Part shown: in pieces, positions 39,807 through 52,111 of the stretch
Layout of the letters: each line of letters starts with the position of its first letter
Position numbering within the stretch: position 1 is the stretch's first letter
Assembly (NCBI RefSeq): GCF_006345805.1
Contig: NC_042997.1
Coordinates: 139,004,001 to 139,068,000, forward strand
Source: Octopus sinensis
Taxonomy: Eukaryota
Reading direction: 5' to 3'
DNA: 64,000 bases
Notes under the pieces: model-generated
What the model saw: only the letters and a program-made list of their open reading frames with translations
Told to the model about the DNA's origin: nothing
Databases searched by the model: none
Position numbers and translations under genes: made by a program

Positions 39807-40595
39807 ACTCTCTCTCTCCCTCTCTCTCCGATGCAGGCTTAATGGTATTATCATCCTTCATTCATTCACCGAGGTAACATCTATTTAGTAGAGCTAGCCC
39901 TGCAAGAATTAGCAGCTAAACATCCCCTGAAATTACGTCATATCTTATTCCAAAAGAAAGAAAAAAAGAAAGAGAAGTCACTTCTTTGACAATGTAGTGT
40001 TTGGGTCATCTATTGTCTACTTCGTCTTCATGTGGACATTGGATACACACAAAGACGAGATAGTCAAGGCTGGGACGTCTTTGTTCAGAGTTCGGCTTGT
40101 TCAGATTGAATATTATACGTGTTCACAACCATTTCACTCAACCCACCCTCCCACTCATTCACTCACTTACCCTCTATCTCTTTGAAATGCTCATCCTTTC
40201 TTTCTCGTATACACATCGTTTACTCACCCAACTAACCATTCACTAACCAATATTCCCTCCCTTCCCATTCGACCACTCATCTTTCACATAAACTCACCCA
40301 TTCAATTAGTTTTCTTTTTCAAATCAACTAACGACTGAACCACACACTCACCCACTCTCTTAGCATCTCTAGAACTTAGTTCTTTCCCCATATTAATCGT
40401 TCCCCTATACTTAATGTTTCACCAACTGTGACTATACGTGGCTCTGTTTTCTTATTTGGTCTCCTACCAACCCAATCACTGTCAACAAACTGGAATTCGT
40501 TCTATTCTTTCCGATCATATATCCTCGAGTTTACTCAGTTACAGACACCAGTCAAAGAACAGTCAATACTTCAGCAGTTTACGAAGTTTTCGCGC

Positions 40596-41218
40596 AGGCG
40601 TGGTTGTGCGGTAAGAGGATGACCCAAAGATTGTGCGAACTTGCAGAAACGTTAGCACGCCGGGCGAAATGCTTAGTGGTATTTCGTCTGCCGCTACGTT
40701 CTGAGTTCAAATTCCGCCGAGGTCGACTTTGCCTTTCATTCTTTCGGGGTCGATAAATTAAGTACCAGTTACGCACTGGAGTCGATGTAATCGACTTAAT
40801 CCGTTTGTCTGTCCTTGTTTTTCCCCTTTGTATATAGCCCCTTGTGGGCAGCAAAGAAATAAGAAGATTGCTGCTCATCCACATGGTTCTGGGTTCAGTC
40901 CTACTGCGTGGTGCCTTGGGCAAGTGTCCTCTACTCTAGCTTCGGGCCGAGCAAATCCTTGTGGATGAATTTGGTAGACGGAAACTGAAAGAAGCTCGTC
41001 ATATAAATGTATATATTTGTGTGTCTGTGTTAGCTCCCCACACCATCTCTTGACAACAGATGCTGGTGTGTTTACTTCCCCGTAACTTAGCTGTTCGGTA
41101 AAAGAGACCGATAGAATAAGTACTAGGCTTACAAAGAATAAGTCCTGGGGTCGATTTGTTCGACTAAAGGCGGTGTTCCAACATGGCCACAGTCAAATGA
41201 CTGAGACAAGTAAAAGAA
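40596..41218 (+). mobile_element. SINE family A with a family B SINE nested in its head (~40619-40862)
   Basis: ggcgtggttgtgcggtaagag [family B copy] aagaagattgctgctcatccacatggttctggg...; family A resumes where it was interrupted. Confidence 0.8.
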
Positions 41219-41320
41219 TATATATACAGCAATAACTTTTTAATTCTCATAGGCGTGATAATGCTGATAAGATAGCGGGAACAGGATAGGTATCCATAGA
41301 TTGCAGAAAAATACGTTACC

Positions 41321-41393
41321 GGCCAGCCATGACACACAAACTCACATCCCTGTTATTACGCGTCAAGTGCTTTACCATTAAGCTAAACTGCCC
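41321..41393 (-). pseudogene. tRNA-like relic or SINE head
   Basis: Minus strand gggcagtttagcttaatggtaaagcacttgacgcgtaataacaggg...gctggcc; A box present, B box decayed. Confidence 0.4.
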
Positions 41394-42025
41394 AGTAACG
41401 AATTCTTCTGCAATTTTAGAGCTTCAGTTCTAAAATTGCAGAAGAATCCATACTGGACAAATCAAGTTCAAATTTCTTGAGCACTTCAAAGATATTCTAT
41501 ATAGAGAACACCCGTTTCTCACACACACCACACACACACACCACACACACATATTATATATATATATATATATATACACCCCACACACACACACACACAA
41601 CACACACACACACACACACCACATATAGATATATATATATATATAGATATATATATATATATATATATAATATATTACATATTTAAATAAAACGGTTCGG
41701 CCGCCATAGGTATACGTATCCAGGGTTTTGCACCCAGAGTTTCACATCCATAAAGCGCTTGGCTTTATATGGGTCTTGACAGACCCTAGTGGCCATTAGG
41801 TTTGACGAGATGTATGTAAAGACGAGCTTTATGGACGTGGAACCCTGGGTAACCCTATGATCCAACCATAACTATTTTCATCTAAATATGTAATATATAT
41901 ATATATATATATACATACATACATACATACATACATACATACATACATACATACATACATACATAATACACATATTTGAACAATTGCAGAATCTAAAGGT
42001 TTTTGTGTTTTTAAATGGCTTATAA

Positions 42026-42056
<31 letters not shown>

Positions 42057-42057
42057 A

Positions 42058-42252
42058 CCACGTGTGTATCGTTGGCAATTTTTCTCCTTCGTCTACACTT
42101 CCTTTGGACTTACCTCAATTTCTGAAGAAGAGTTTTACCCGAAACGTTAAATCCTCTTTCCTTCCTTTCCTGACCGTCTGATAATACAGTACTTGGACCA
42201 CGTCCTCGCGTTATTGTTTTTTCTTGTTTGTTCTTCTTTGTTTGGATTCACT
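42058..42252 (+). mobile_element. (TA)n-flanked short repeat with a hammerhead-like motif with canonical core
   Basis: attt-CTGAAGA-a-GAGTtttACCC-GAAA-cgtt-aaat at 42118-42152; (TA)n on both sides; downstream ttcctga.cgtc..ataatac motif shared with 1340-1606. Confidence 0.55.
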
Positions 42253-42269
42253 ATATATATATATATATA

Positions 42270-42339
<70 letters not shown>

Positions 42340-42392
42340 TCTGTTTTTGGATTTGGTTTGCAAGATACTTTATGTGAGTTCGTGTTTACAAA

Positions 42393-42600
42393 TATTTTGT
42401 TGTGTCTGGGAGAGTCATTCTCTTTTAGTGCCTTATTATTTAACACACTCACCGTTGAAGTCAACTACTATTGAAAAGGTTGCAAGACGCAACGGAAATT
42501 TTAGGAAAAATAAATAAGTAAACGAGTAGAAACTTTACCGGAGAGAGTGTTAAACAATAAGGCACTAAAAGAGAATGACTCACCTCAGACACAACAATAT
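42393..42600. repeat. ~62-bp inverted repeat pair with ~83-bp spacer
   Basis: 42393-42455 ttttgttgtgtctgggagagtcattctcttttagtgccttattatttaacacactcaccg versus 42539-42600 cggagagagtgttaaacaataaggcactaaaagagaatgactcacctcagacacaacaat. Confidence 0.8.
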
Positions 42601-42606
42601 ATATAC

Positions 42607-42637
<31 letters not shown>

Positions 42638-42639
42638 TG

Positions 42640-42679
<40 letters not shown>

Positions 42680-42917
42680 AATGTGTATATATATATATAT
42701 ATGTATGTATATATATATGTATGTATGTATGTATATATATACACCAACTTCTCACCTATATATATATATAACATATATATACATATATACATATACATAT
42801 GCATATATATATATATACATATATTACATACATATATATATACATACATATATCCATATACATATATATATACATTATATACATGGAAGGTTGGCATTTA
42901 CAACCCCTATCTCAATT

Positions 42918-42966
<49 letters not shown>

Positions 42967-42969
42967 GTA

Positions 42970-43053
<84 letters not shown>

Positions 43054-43488
43054 CACTGGCATCTCTTCACATCAAAATAATATATATCATAACGTATATG
43101 CGGAAACAAACATTAAAATAAACTGTCTGGTATATATAATATTAAAATGTTAAAAGGAGGAAATTCAACAATAAATTAAGCAATAAATTAAAAAATAAAT
43201 TATTGCACAATAAATTAATATAACATAATTAAACGCGTGAGTAAACAATAAAAATTAAAATAAACCTCGGCGTATCTTAAGCTTAAATTTGTAAAACAGT
43301 GGAAGGCTTTCTTAAAAGTCGGATGTAAATAAACTGTGAAGTCGAAATATATACAAGCATTGTAATACAAAAAAAAACTTTAACGTGTAAAGTCAATTTC
43401 AAATGCGACAGTCAATTTCAATGCGACAGTCAAAATTTTCCGAAAGTCAAAACAATTTACCCATTACAGTATTTTATCGGTTGACATT

Positions 43489-43800
43489 TTAAACCACGCG
43501 GCGTGCCTTGCAGGAGTTTAAGAGCATGCGTCTGTGGTTCAAAGCATATTTATCCTGGAACAGGATGAAGAACTTTTCTGAGAGGCAAAGGTTACATTTC
43601 ATGGGTCTTTTATAAGCTCCATGTCTGTATGATGGTGCTTATTCTAAAATTTCCCATGTTATATTGAAAGAGCAGGTGTCATTCTCTTTCAATTCCCAGA
43701 CATACTTTGCAAGACTAGTTCTGTCCTTTTCTCCGGGTATCGGAAAGAATTTCGGTGGGAATAAAACCGAGTCTTGAATGAATATCCAGATGTTTCCACA
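43489..43800 (-). mobile_element. Penelope-like element relic, C-terminal GIY-YIG endonuclease (Nematis-like pattern)
   Basis: Hand translation: VETSGYSFKTRFYSHRNSFRYPEK /frameshift/ RTSLAKYVWELKEN...ITWEILE*APSY...KCNLCLSEKFFILFQDKYALNHRRMLLNSCKARRVV*; matches the FK.R...H..SF, T.LS.Y.W.LK and C.LC..EK..I...LN.R patterns. Confidence 0.75.
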
Positions 43801-44150
43801 TTTTCTAGAACAAAACAATGACTATTATTTCATTAATCAAACGGAAAGTCCGTTTGAGAAATGAAAGAATAAGAGAAATCATGAAAGTTATCAACATCGA
43901 CGAGTGGCTTATGGTTTATGAGAATTAGATGAATATGGTGTGCTATCGGACCAGATAGCACCCTGGAGGCTTGAGAAAACAACAAGACGACGGCCAATTA
44001 AGACCAACATGGCCGAGAACAAAGCGGAGAAAGGCAGAGAATGACATGAATGAGATTAAAGACAAGACTGTACAGGGATGGTTGGCGTGAATATTTGAAG
44101 CACTTTCGCGTCATTATCATCGTCACCGCCGCCGCTGCCGCAGTAGTAGT

Positions 44151-44190
<40 letters not shown>

Positions 44191-44269
44191 GAGGAGGTAG
44201 GAGGTAGTAGTAGTAGTAGTAGTTGTTGTAGTAATAGTAGTTGTAGTAGTGGTGGTGGTGGTGGTGGTG

Positions 44270-44333
<64 letters not shown>

Positions 44334-45027
44334 CCAATAATTGATCTGGAAATACACTATTTAGCTAGACCCTCAACATCATTACTACATCACACAAATG
44401 AAGCATTTCCACGATGCTACGTTATCATTAATATACTGTCATCTTTACCTCACTACATTGCTAGCTCTACAACAAAGTATATACTTTACTATACTACACA
44501 GCTGTACATACGTCACACTGCTTAGCTCCATTACACTAATAAGCCATTACTACAACTCAGTACTTGAGCTGACAAAAACCTGCAGCTTATGTAATTTTGA
44601 GAAGAATCTTAACAAATATGATTACGATTAAAATATTAGATCTGAGATCTTCCATAAATGCAAGCATTTCGGGAAGTTATCTTACACATCTAGGAAAAAG
44701 CACGCAAACACCAGAATAAGTAGATTTAACATAGTGACACATCGTGTAAACATACAAAGACATATAACTTATTTTGGCAAATTTCAGTGTACCTGGTATT
44801 CGTAGCTGGTACAAGTTTACAACACTACTGACTGAAATAGTCGAACACGTAATTATCAGTGATGAAATAAAAGAGACAAGACATTCATACCCATAGCCAT
44901 TCTAAATGAGTTGTATCTTTTACATCAACTCGCACCAAACCGGATATATATCATATGAATCCGAGTTTTCATGTGTGAAGAGCTGATATTGTACTCTCGG
45001 TTGATTCATCATCATCATCATCATCGT

Positions 45028-45090
45028 CATTGTTATCATAATCATCATCATCATCAACATCATTATCAACATCGTCATCGTCATCATCAA

Positions 45091-45123
<33 letters not shown>

Positions 45124-45183
45124 TGTTATCATAATCATCATCATCATCAACATCATTATCAACATCGTCATCGTCATCATCAA

Positions 45184-45213
<30 letters not shown>
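45028..45213. repeat. 93-bp higher-order duplication inside a (CAT)n microsatellite
   Basis: cattgttatcataatcatc...caacatcgtcatcgtcatc recurs at 45028 and 45121. Confidence 0.85.
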
Positions 45214-45215
<2 letters not shown>

Positions 45216-45309
45216 ACATCATCATCGTTAACATCAATATCAAACTCTGGATATTACAGTCTCGAGTCCCAGGACTCATAGGAATGATTACTCGATTTCC
45301 GACTTCCAT

Positions 45310-45880
45310 GACATCTAAGTGACCAAAATCACAACATTTCCCCTAAACAGGATGTCAGTAAGTCGCAGGGTTACACATTTACTACCGAGTCACTGGGGCA
45401 ACGTGAAATAACATGTTTTTCTCAAGAACACAACATACCGCCGGCCTGGAAATCGAAACCATGATCTAGCAGGCAATTCTATAACCACTAAGCCACGCAC
45501 CTTCACGTTTGGAAATTACTGATTTTAAATTTTGGTACAAAGCTAGCAATTTGGGTGGGGGGAGCTAGTCGGTTACAGCGACCCCAGTGCGCAACTGGTA
45601 CTAATTATACCGATCCCCGAAAAGATGAAAGGCAAAGTCGACCTCGGCAGAATTTGAATTCAGAACGTGAACCGCTAAGCAATTTCCCCGGCGTGCTAAC
45701 GATCCTACCACATTTACACGAATATATACTGGTTTCAAATTTTGGCACAAGGCCAGCAGTTCCTGGGAGGGGACTAAGTCGATTACATCGTCCCCAGTGC
45801 TCACCAGGTACTTATTTTATCGCCCCTGTAAAGATGAAACGCAAAGTGAACCTCGCCGGAATTTCAACTCAAACGCGAAT
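45310..45880 (-). mobile_element. Decayed SINE fragments (family C-like, then family B)
   Basis: gaaggtgcgtggcttagtggttatag head on the minus strand near 45505; gatgaaaggcaaagtcgacctcggc body repeats. Confidence 0.55.
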
Positions 45881-46428
45881 ATATATTAGTAAATAAAATA
45901 TTGAGTTGTTTTAACCTATATATCCATATACCTACATGCACACACATACATATGCACGCACAGACACGCACACACACAAACATATATATGTACGATTAAC
46001 GTGTAATTGAATATATATTAATATATACACTCACAAACACATATGCACTCAACAACCGTACACTTTTATAGTCATATAAAATATTTCGTATTATGTATCG
46101 GTACGTATGCATGTATACGTGGGTTTATTTTTCTATATGTGTATTCGTGTGTGTGTGCGCATGTGTGTCTCTGCGTTTATTCATGTGTGTGTGCGTTTAT
46201 TCATGTGTGTGTACACACGTACACTAATACCTTGGGATACGCAGTTAATATGTTCCACTTTTTTAATTTACTATCAGGAAATTCGCTATCAAGTTAAGGG
46301 AAAACGTAGTTTATATAGAGATAAGTTTTTTAATAATTTAATCATTATTATTATAATAATTGAAAGAAATATAATCCTATTTAAAATAATGCTTATCTCT
46401 CTCTTTCTCTTTATCTCTCTTTCTCTCT

Positions 46429-46474
<46 letters not shown>

Positions 46475-46575
46475 GTATGCATGTACGTATGTAGGTATAA
46501 TATAGAAAGGAAAAAATATATATATACCTATTTTTATATATTTGTGCATATATATATATGTATATGCATATACAA

Positions 46576-46618
<43 letters not shown>

Positions 46619-46949
46619 ATACCTATATATATATATATATATATATATTTGTGTGTGTGTTTGTGTGTATATATATATATATGCATATAGAAAGGGATGT
46701 ATGTATACATACATACTTACATACACACACACACATACACATATTTACATTCATAGTTGTTTTGAAGAAATTATATGAAATTTAATAATAAAAATGCGCA
46801 ATTTATCTAAAAGAGAAATCCTTTGAACAAAATTATTAGTAATTTAGTACTAAAAGTATACATTATCTTTAGTTTATGCAACAAGTAAATAAAAAAGAAG
46901 AAACAATAAAAAATAAATATGGTGCAACTAGTTTCCTTCTACTTTTATT

Positions 46950-47735
46950 TTCATATGCAAATGCATCAATTGTTGACTAATTTGACTTCTTAAGAACCTC
47001 AAATTCTTTCATATAGCAGTTAAGTACTAGCATTATTGATGTTTCCATACTACATTCAAAACGTGGATCATTCTGAGAAATCGTTTTCTTAAGAACAATG
47101 ATGCTTTTCGATTTTTCTGTGGTAAAACCCGATTGTGAAGTGTTTTCTTCATTTGCATTTTTGCTAACTTTTCAGAGCATCATAGATATGACGCTCGTTA
47201 TCAGCATGTAATTTAGCCTAAATAAAATTTCCATCGACTGTCTCAAATCTCACTTCCTCTGCAATTTGTACAAAGGAATTGCTCTTTTGAAACTGTTTCA
47301 TCCTGTATACTATGGTCTTCTTGAATCGCATTTGGATACAGTTTTTTTTTTCAAACTCCCGTGAAATATGTACGTTTATTTTAATGTGTTTCTTTAAAAT
47401 TTTTATTTCTTGCATAATGTTAATTTTCCAGAATTTTTAGATAGATTAATATCTAACTAGCTTAAAATATATTCTAAGGTAATATGCTTTGAGAATGGAA
47501 TTAACTCCCTGTAGTTGCAAAGCTGTGTTTGATGGAATGAAGCGTTCGCACCTCTAGAAAGAATCAAAATTTCAAAGCATATAAGAAGTGCCGTGCAAAA
47601 GCAGAGGTGTTTTAGGCTCGAAATTATTCTTCTCATGATAAACTTTACAGTAGGACTAAAATCTTCAACCAAACATTCAGTAATCGAATCTCACGTAACT
47701 AGAACCTTCCATATGACAGGAACATGTGAGTGACT
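46950..47735 (-). mobile_element. Probable Tigger/pogo-like transposase relic (C-terminal part)
   Basis: Hand translation of the minus strand: VPVIWK, then FVQIAEEVRFETVD and NDPRFECS...CYMKEFEVLKKSN*STIDAF, resembling Tigger LPVYW, IV.LAKEVGFEEVD and DP...RS...Y.E...KK...Q.TLD.F motifs; many stops; no TIR found. Confidence 0.45.
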
Positions 47736-48819
47736 GGCTGCCGTCTTTTGAACGCATAACGTGAGGTTTATTCTAAGGAGGTGGTGGTAAAGAAACGGAA
47801 AATTGCAAGCACTTTTCATTACACTTGGACTGATGGTAGTCTCTCGTAGTCAGACAGTTCTGCAATTTTTTTGCTGAACAAATGATTTTTTTTTATAGTG
47901 GTCAAATGTATGTGCTGTACAATAAGCCACTCTCTCCATGAAGATGATGTTGTTTGAACAGGTAAATGGTGTAGCATACGTTAGGTGTCGAAATGTTCAC
48001 AAAGCAACGTGTGACGAAGTGTTTTACTCAGGAACACAACGCACCCTGCGGTTCAGGAATTGAAACTCCGATTTCGAGGTCGTGAGTGCAACATTCTAAC
48101 CATTAGGCCATGTACCCTCGCACGCTTAGTCTACAGAATTATAAAGAAACAATGAGTACAGTTTCAAGTCTTCAGTCATGTGTTCCTTACAACGTAAGAT
48201 GATCCCTACTGTTTTATAAACTGATGCATTTACCGATCCGTTGAGATTAAAAAAAAAAGAATTAACTGCTTCCGAAATAGCCCAGATTCATATACATCAA
48301 AAACTAAATTCTGTGGATATATATTATACTATATTAGCCTTCAGTTTTGTTGGAAATTCCATTGCAACCCGGATCATCAGCTGCTGATTCTCCTGTTATC
48401 TGAATACAATGGCGATTAAACAATCTGTTGAAATCTCAAACCAGGAGCGAGAAACAATACATATTTGAGCAGCTTCTTCAACTAACGCTTGCTGCAATTG
48501 CTGAAATAAATTTACCAACTTTTGCGGGATAATGCAAGTGAGATAGTGGCAAGTGACACCGTAATTTGACATTTACCCAAGCAATTAACGGCTACTTTAT
48601 ATTTTCCATGATTTTTATTACGTGTCCATGTTAGTTTAAACATTTTACGCATAGTTGAAGTATGTTTTGTCTTCGTTTTTATTTTATATATAAAAATAAA
48701 ACCGTTTTTATTTTTATTTTCATTTCTTTTCTTTCACCTCTTTAGCTTCGTACCTAATGATACTATTTTGCTCTTACGTGCAATAATGAGATAGCAAAGA
48801 TACCTTTTTTTTTATCTTT

Positions 48820-49074
48820 TGCTTATTTCAGTCATTTGCTTGCAGCCATACTAGGACACCACCTTGAATTTTTAACCGAATGTATCGACCCCAGTAGTTA
48901 TCAATATAAAGCCGGGTACTTATTCTATTGGCCTCTTTTGCAAAATCGGTAAGTTTCGAGGACGTAAACACACCAACACCGGTTTCAAGCGGTGGGGGAA
49001 GGACAAACACAGACACCAAGACACACGCGCGCGCATATATATATATATATATATATAGATAGATAGATAGATAG

Positions 49075-49156
<82 letters not shown>

Positions 49157-49315
49157 CGACGGGCTTTTTTCAGTTTCCGTCTACCAAATCCGCTCACAAG
49201 GCTTTGGTCGGCCCGAGGCTATAAAACAAGACACTTGCCCAAGGTACCTCGCAGTAGGTCTGAACCCGGAACTATGCAGTTAGGAAGCAAGCTTTTTACC
49301 ACATAGTTATGCCTG
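48820..49315 (-). mobile_element. SINE family A copy with expanded internal (GATA)n
   Basis: Tail at ~48825, head at ~49310. Confidence 0.75.
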
Positions 49316-49569
49316 GATATTTATTTCTAATTACTGTACTTTAAGGATTTGGGAAATTGCTGCACTAGTAGAGCAATGTATAACGAGGAGCAGATACGTA
49401 AAAATGTAAAACACAAACGAAGTGTGACTGGCTGATTGTTTTATTTTCAATGCAAAAATGAAATAAAATAAAGTAACACGAGGTTTCTTTATAATGAGGT
49501 AAACATTTACGCGCGAGTAGGTTTTATTGATATTTACGTCATTCTGGCGGTAAACCACTGCGCGCACGC

Positions 49570-49607
<38 letters not shown>

Positions 49608-49613
49608 TGGATA

Positions 49614-50340
49614 TACAGAGTGCGAGGAATAAATTGTCGTCTAAATTTAGCAAAAATGAAAGTAGCATTGACATCTCATTTTAACAGATATATTTATCAA
49701 AATTACATAAAATATCTTAAAATACTGAAGAGTAAATTTATTCAATAAAATTGTCATTGGCTTCAACCACGGCCTCCAGAGGACTTAGTAGTCTCCTGCA
49801 ACTCTTCTGGTCTTGCCTTCAGTTCATCTTTGTTGTTACAAGGGTTTTGCGCCCCGCACATAATAATCAAGGGGGAAGCAGTCTGGGGAGTTAGGTGGGC
49901 AGGTGTTAGAGGTGGTGTGGATGTAGAATTTGTCTGATAGCCATGATTGAGGTTTCCTGCCTGTGTGGGACGGTGCCGAGTCCTGTTGCCAGACATAGGG
50001 TGTTCCAGCAGCCACCCTTTTGACCCAGGGCAGTACTACCTCCTCCAGGCACTTGATGTAGGCCTCCGTATTGAGCGTGAGACCGTATGGGAAGATGAAT
50101 GGAGGCATAACGTCGCCATCACTAGTGATCACTCCAAACACCTTCGTAATCACCATTAGACTCATCCAACTCTTTCCGAATCCTCTGTACTGTCCTCAGA
50201 TTGACACCAAAACATTCTGAAATGTTCGTATTGGAGCTTCCGACGCGAATACCAAGCAGTATAGCATGTCGTTTCCAAATTTCTGGCGGAGCGAATTGCA
50301 TCATAGTGCTGTTTTGGGCATAATAACTAAAAAAAAAACA
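49614..50340 (-). mobile_element. maT-like (DD37D) transposon, same family as 17607-18468, internally deleted
   Basis: TIR TA-CAGAGTGCGAGGAATAAATTGTCGTCTAAATT; ORF 49836-50165 WQQDSAPSH...PPNSPDCFPLDYY with 37 residues between the second and third Asp; N-terminal ORF 50122-50304. Confidence 0.9.
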
Positions 50341-50739
50341 TAGAGAGCCCTGCCCAATGTTTTGTCTGTGTTGAATATACCAAGGTAAGTATATTTAAAA
50401 GAAGTAAGATAATAGCCCATTATCGTTACGATGGTAAAGAGGATTATTAAAAAATGACCAATAATACCTCGAAAAACGATACAGGCATCACACTAAAGTT
50501 ATTGATTGAGCGTGTGTGATTACGATGGTGTGTTACTAAACTCTCTGGTCCGAGTTTGGATGAGTGAGCGTCGTGTCAATAGCGTCGAGGTACAATTTTT
50601 TTCAGCCGGATTTTCGACCTTATTGCAAGTTTCACCGATTCTTCTTCCCAACGTTTTCGGATTCCAGACGTCAAGACAAAGAAAATGATACACTAACCTC
50701 GAAAATGGCCCGGATGGTACTTACGACACTCTGTTACTA

Positions 50740-51830
50740 AATGCTTCATTCATTACAACAAAAGCATTTATCACTCAATATGGCGACATACAAAATCAAA
50801 AAGGCGGAAGTTGCGGCAGCTGCAAAAAATTTTCGTTCTCGTGTGGAGGCACTAATTGCTCAAAAGGGCGGCCATATTGCTAGAAGCACGCCCCATTAAA
50901 AGTAATCGAGAAAGTTGAAATCTTGTCTCTTACTGAGCCAGATGGTGGTCGTCACAAAAAGATGGTAATTTCTCACCAAGGAAGGCCTGTGTTGATTTTG
51001 ACCCATGGCATAGTGCAGAATCCTGGATAAGTACCACATTATCAAGCCCAAACTTCTGCTCCATCCAAGTTAACAGAGAGCTCTTCAGGATGTCGAAATC
51101 TCCTTTGTACCCATCTTCAAACCAGACTCAATGAAATGTGGATCTATGGCAATTCCATCACTCGCCACAGCTCCAAATATCATTACAAAGGCAGAAATCT
51201 TAGTCTCAAACACAGTGGGGATGTCAGAAGGGTTGTATGCGATCACTCGAGAATGTTTGTGATTTAGCTCAGCCACCACATTGAACTTCTCGTCCACACG
51301 AGAGTGTTTCCTACACATTGACGCTTGATAAATGACAGAAGCTTTGGGTATTTCTCGGCTCTGATTGCTTTAGCCTTGGTTGTTGGAGGGTGACGGCGTC
51401 GTCGAACATAGCTAGTCAAACCAAGGTTCTTGTTCATAGCTCTGGACGACGTGGAAAGGGATACATTACGTTTCTTTGTAAAAGATGTCACGGGTGTGGG
51501 TGGGTTGGCTTCAATCGAGCGTTTGAAACCAGCGAGAAAACTTTGGGTTGCGTTTGGAATTACTTCGGGTCTTGTGTCCTTTTCTGTCAATCTTTCTCTC
51601 TTCTTTAAATACGATAAATTGTTGCGTTTGGGATTTTCTTAAACTTGTTAAAACAGCATTGGCGAAAGCAATCTGTTGTTCCAAGACTTTCTGCTGTCGA
51701 ATCAGTTCGCTATTTACCTGAAAAATAAGAGGAGGGTTAGATTTTCAAGCAAGGTCTTGTCAAAAAATGAAATGTTAAACCACTAAGCCAACTGCTTAAA
51801 ATTAGTCTTAACTATCTGCAATACCCTATA
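50740..51830 (-). mobile_element. Second, divergent maT-like (DD37D) transposon relic
   Basis: ORFs 51264-51590 and 51085-51318 (VDEKFNV, VMIFGAVASDG); hand translation VLIQDSALCHGSKSTQAFL...IWLSKRQDFNFLDYF gives D-37-D with one frameshift; TA-GGGTATTGCAGATAGT terminus at ~51828. Confidence 0.8.
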
Positions 51831-52079
51831 TATATTATATATTAATATATAATATATATATATATTATATATATATATATATATTGTATGTGTGTGTGTG
51901 TGTTGGTGTGTGTGTGCGAACAGATGTGGTTTTGTATCCCACAGGCAGCTTTCGACCTTAATATTTATATGCTATCATTTATAGCTTTACACACACACAT
52001 ATGTACATATATATCATATATGATATATATGTGTATGTGTGTATGCACACACACACACACACACGCACATATATATATA

Positions 52080-52111
<32 letters not shown>

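Noticed and set aside
41321-41393. Functional tRNA gene
   Set aside because: B box and T arm are decayed; treated as a relic. SINE heads elsewhere are likewise tRNA-derived, not tRNA genes.
41731-41850. ~26-bp imperfect inverted repeat as a distinct MITE
   Set aside because: Several mismatches, no clear target-site duplication and no second copy in the window; too weak to call.
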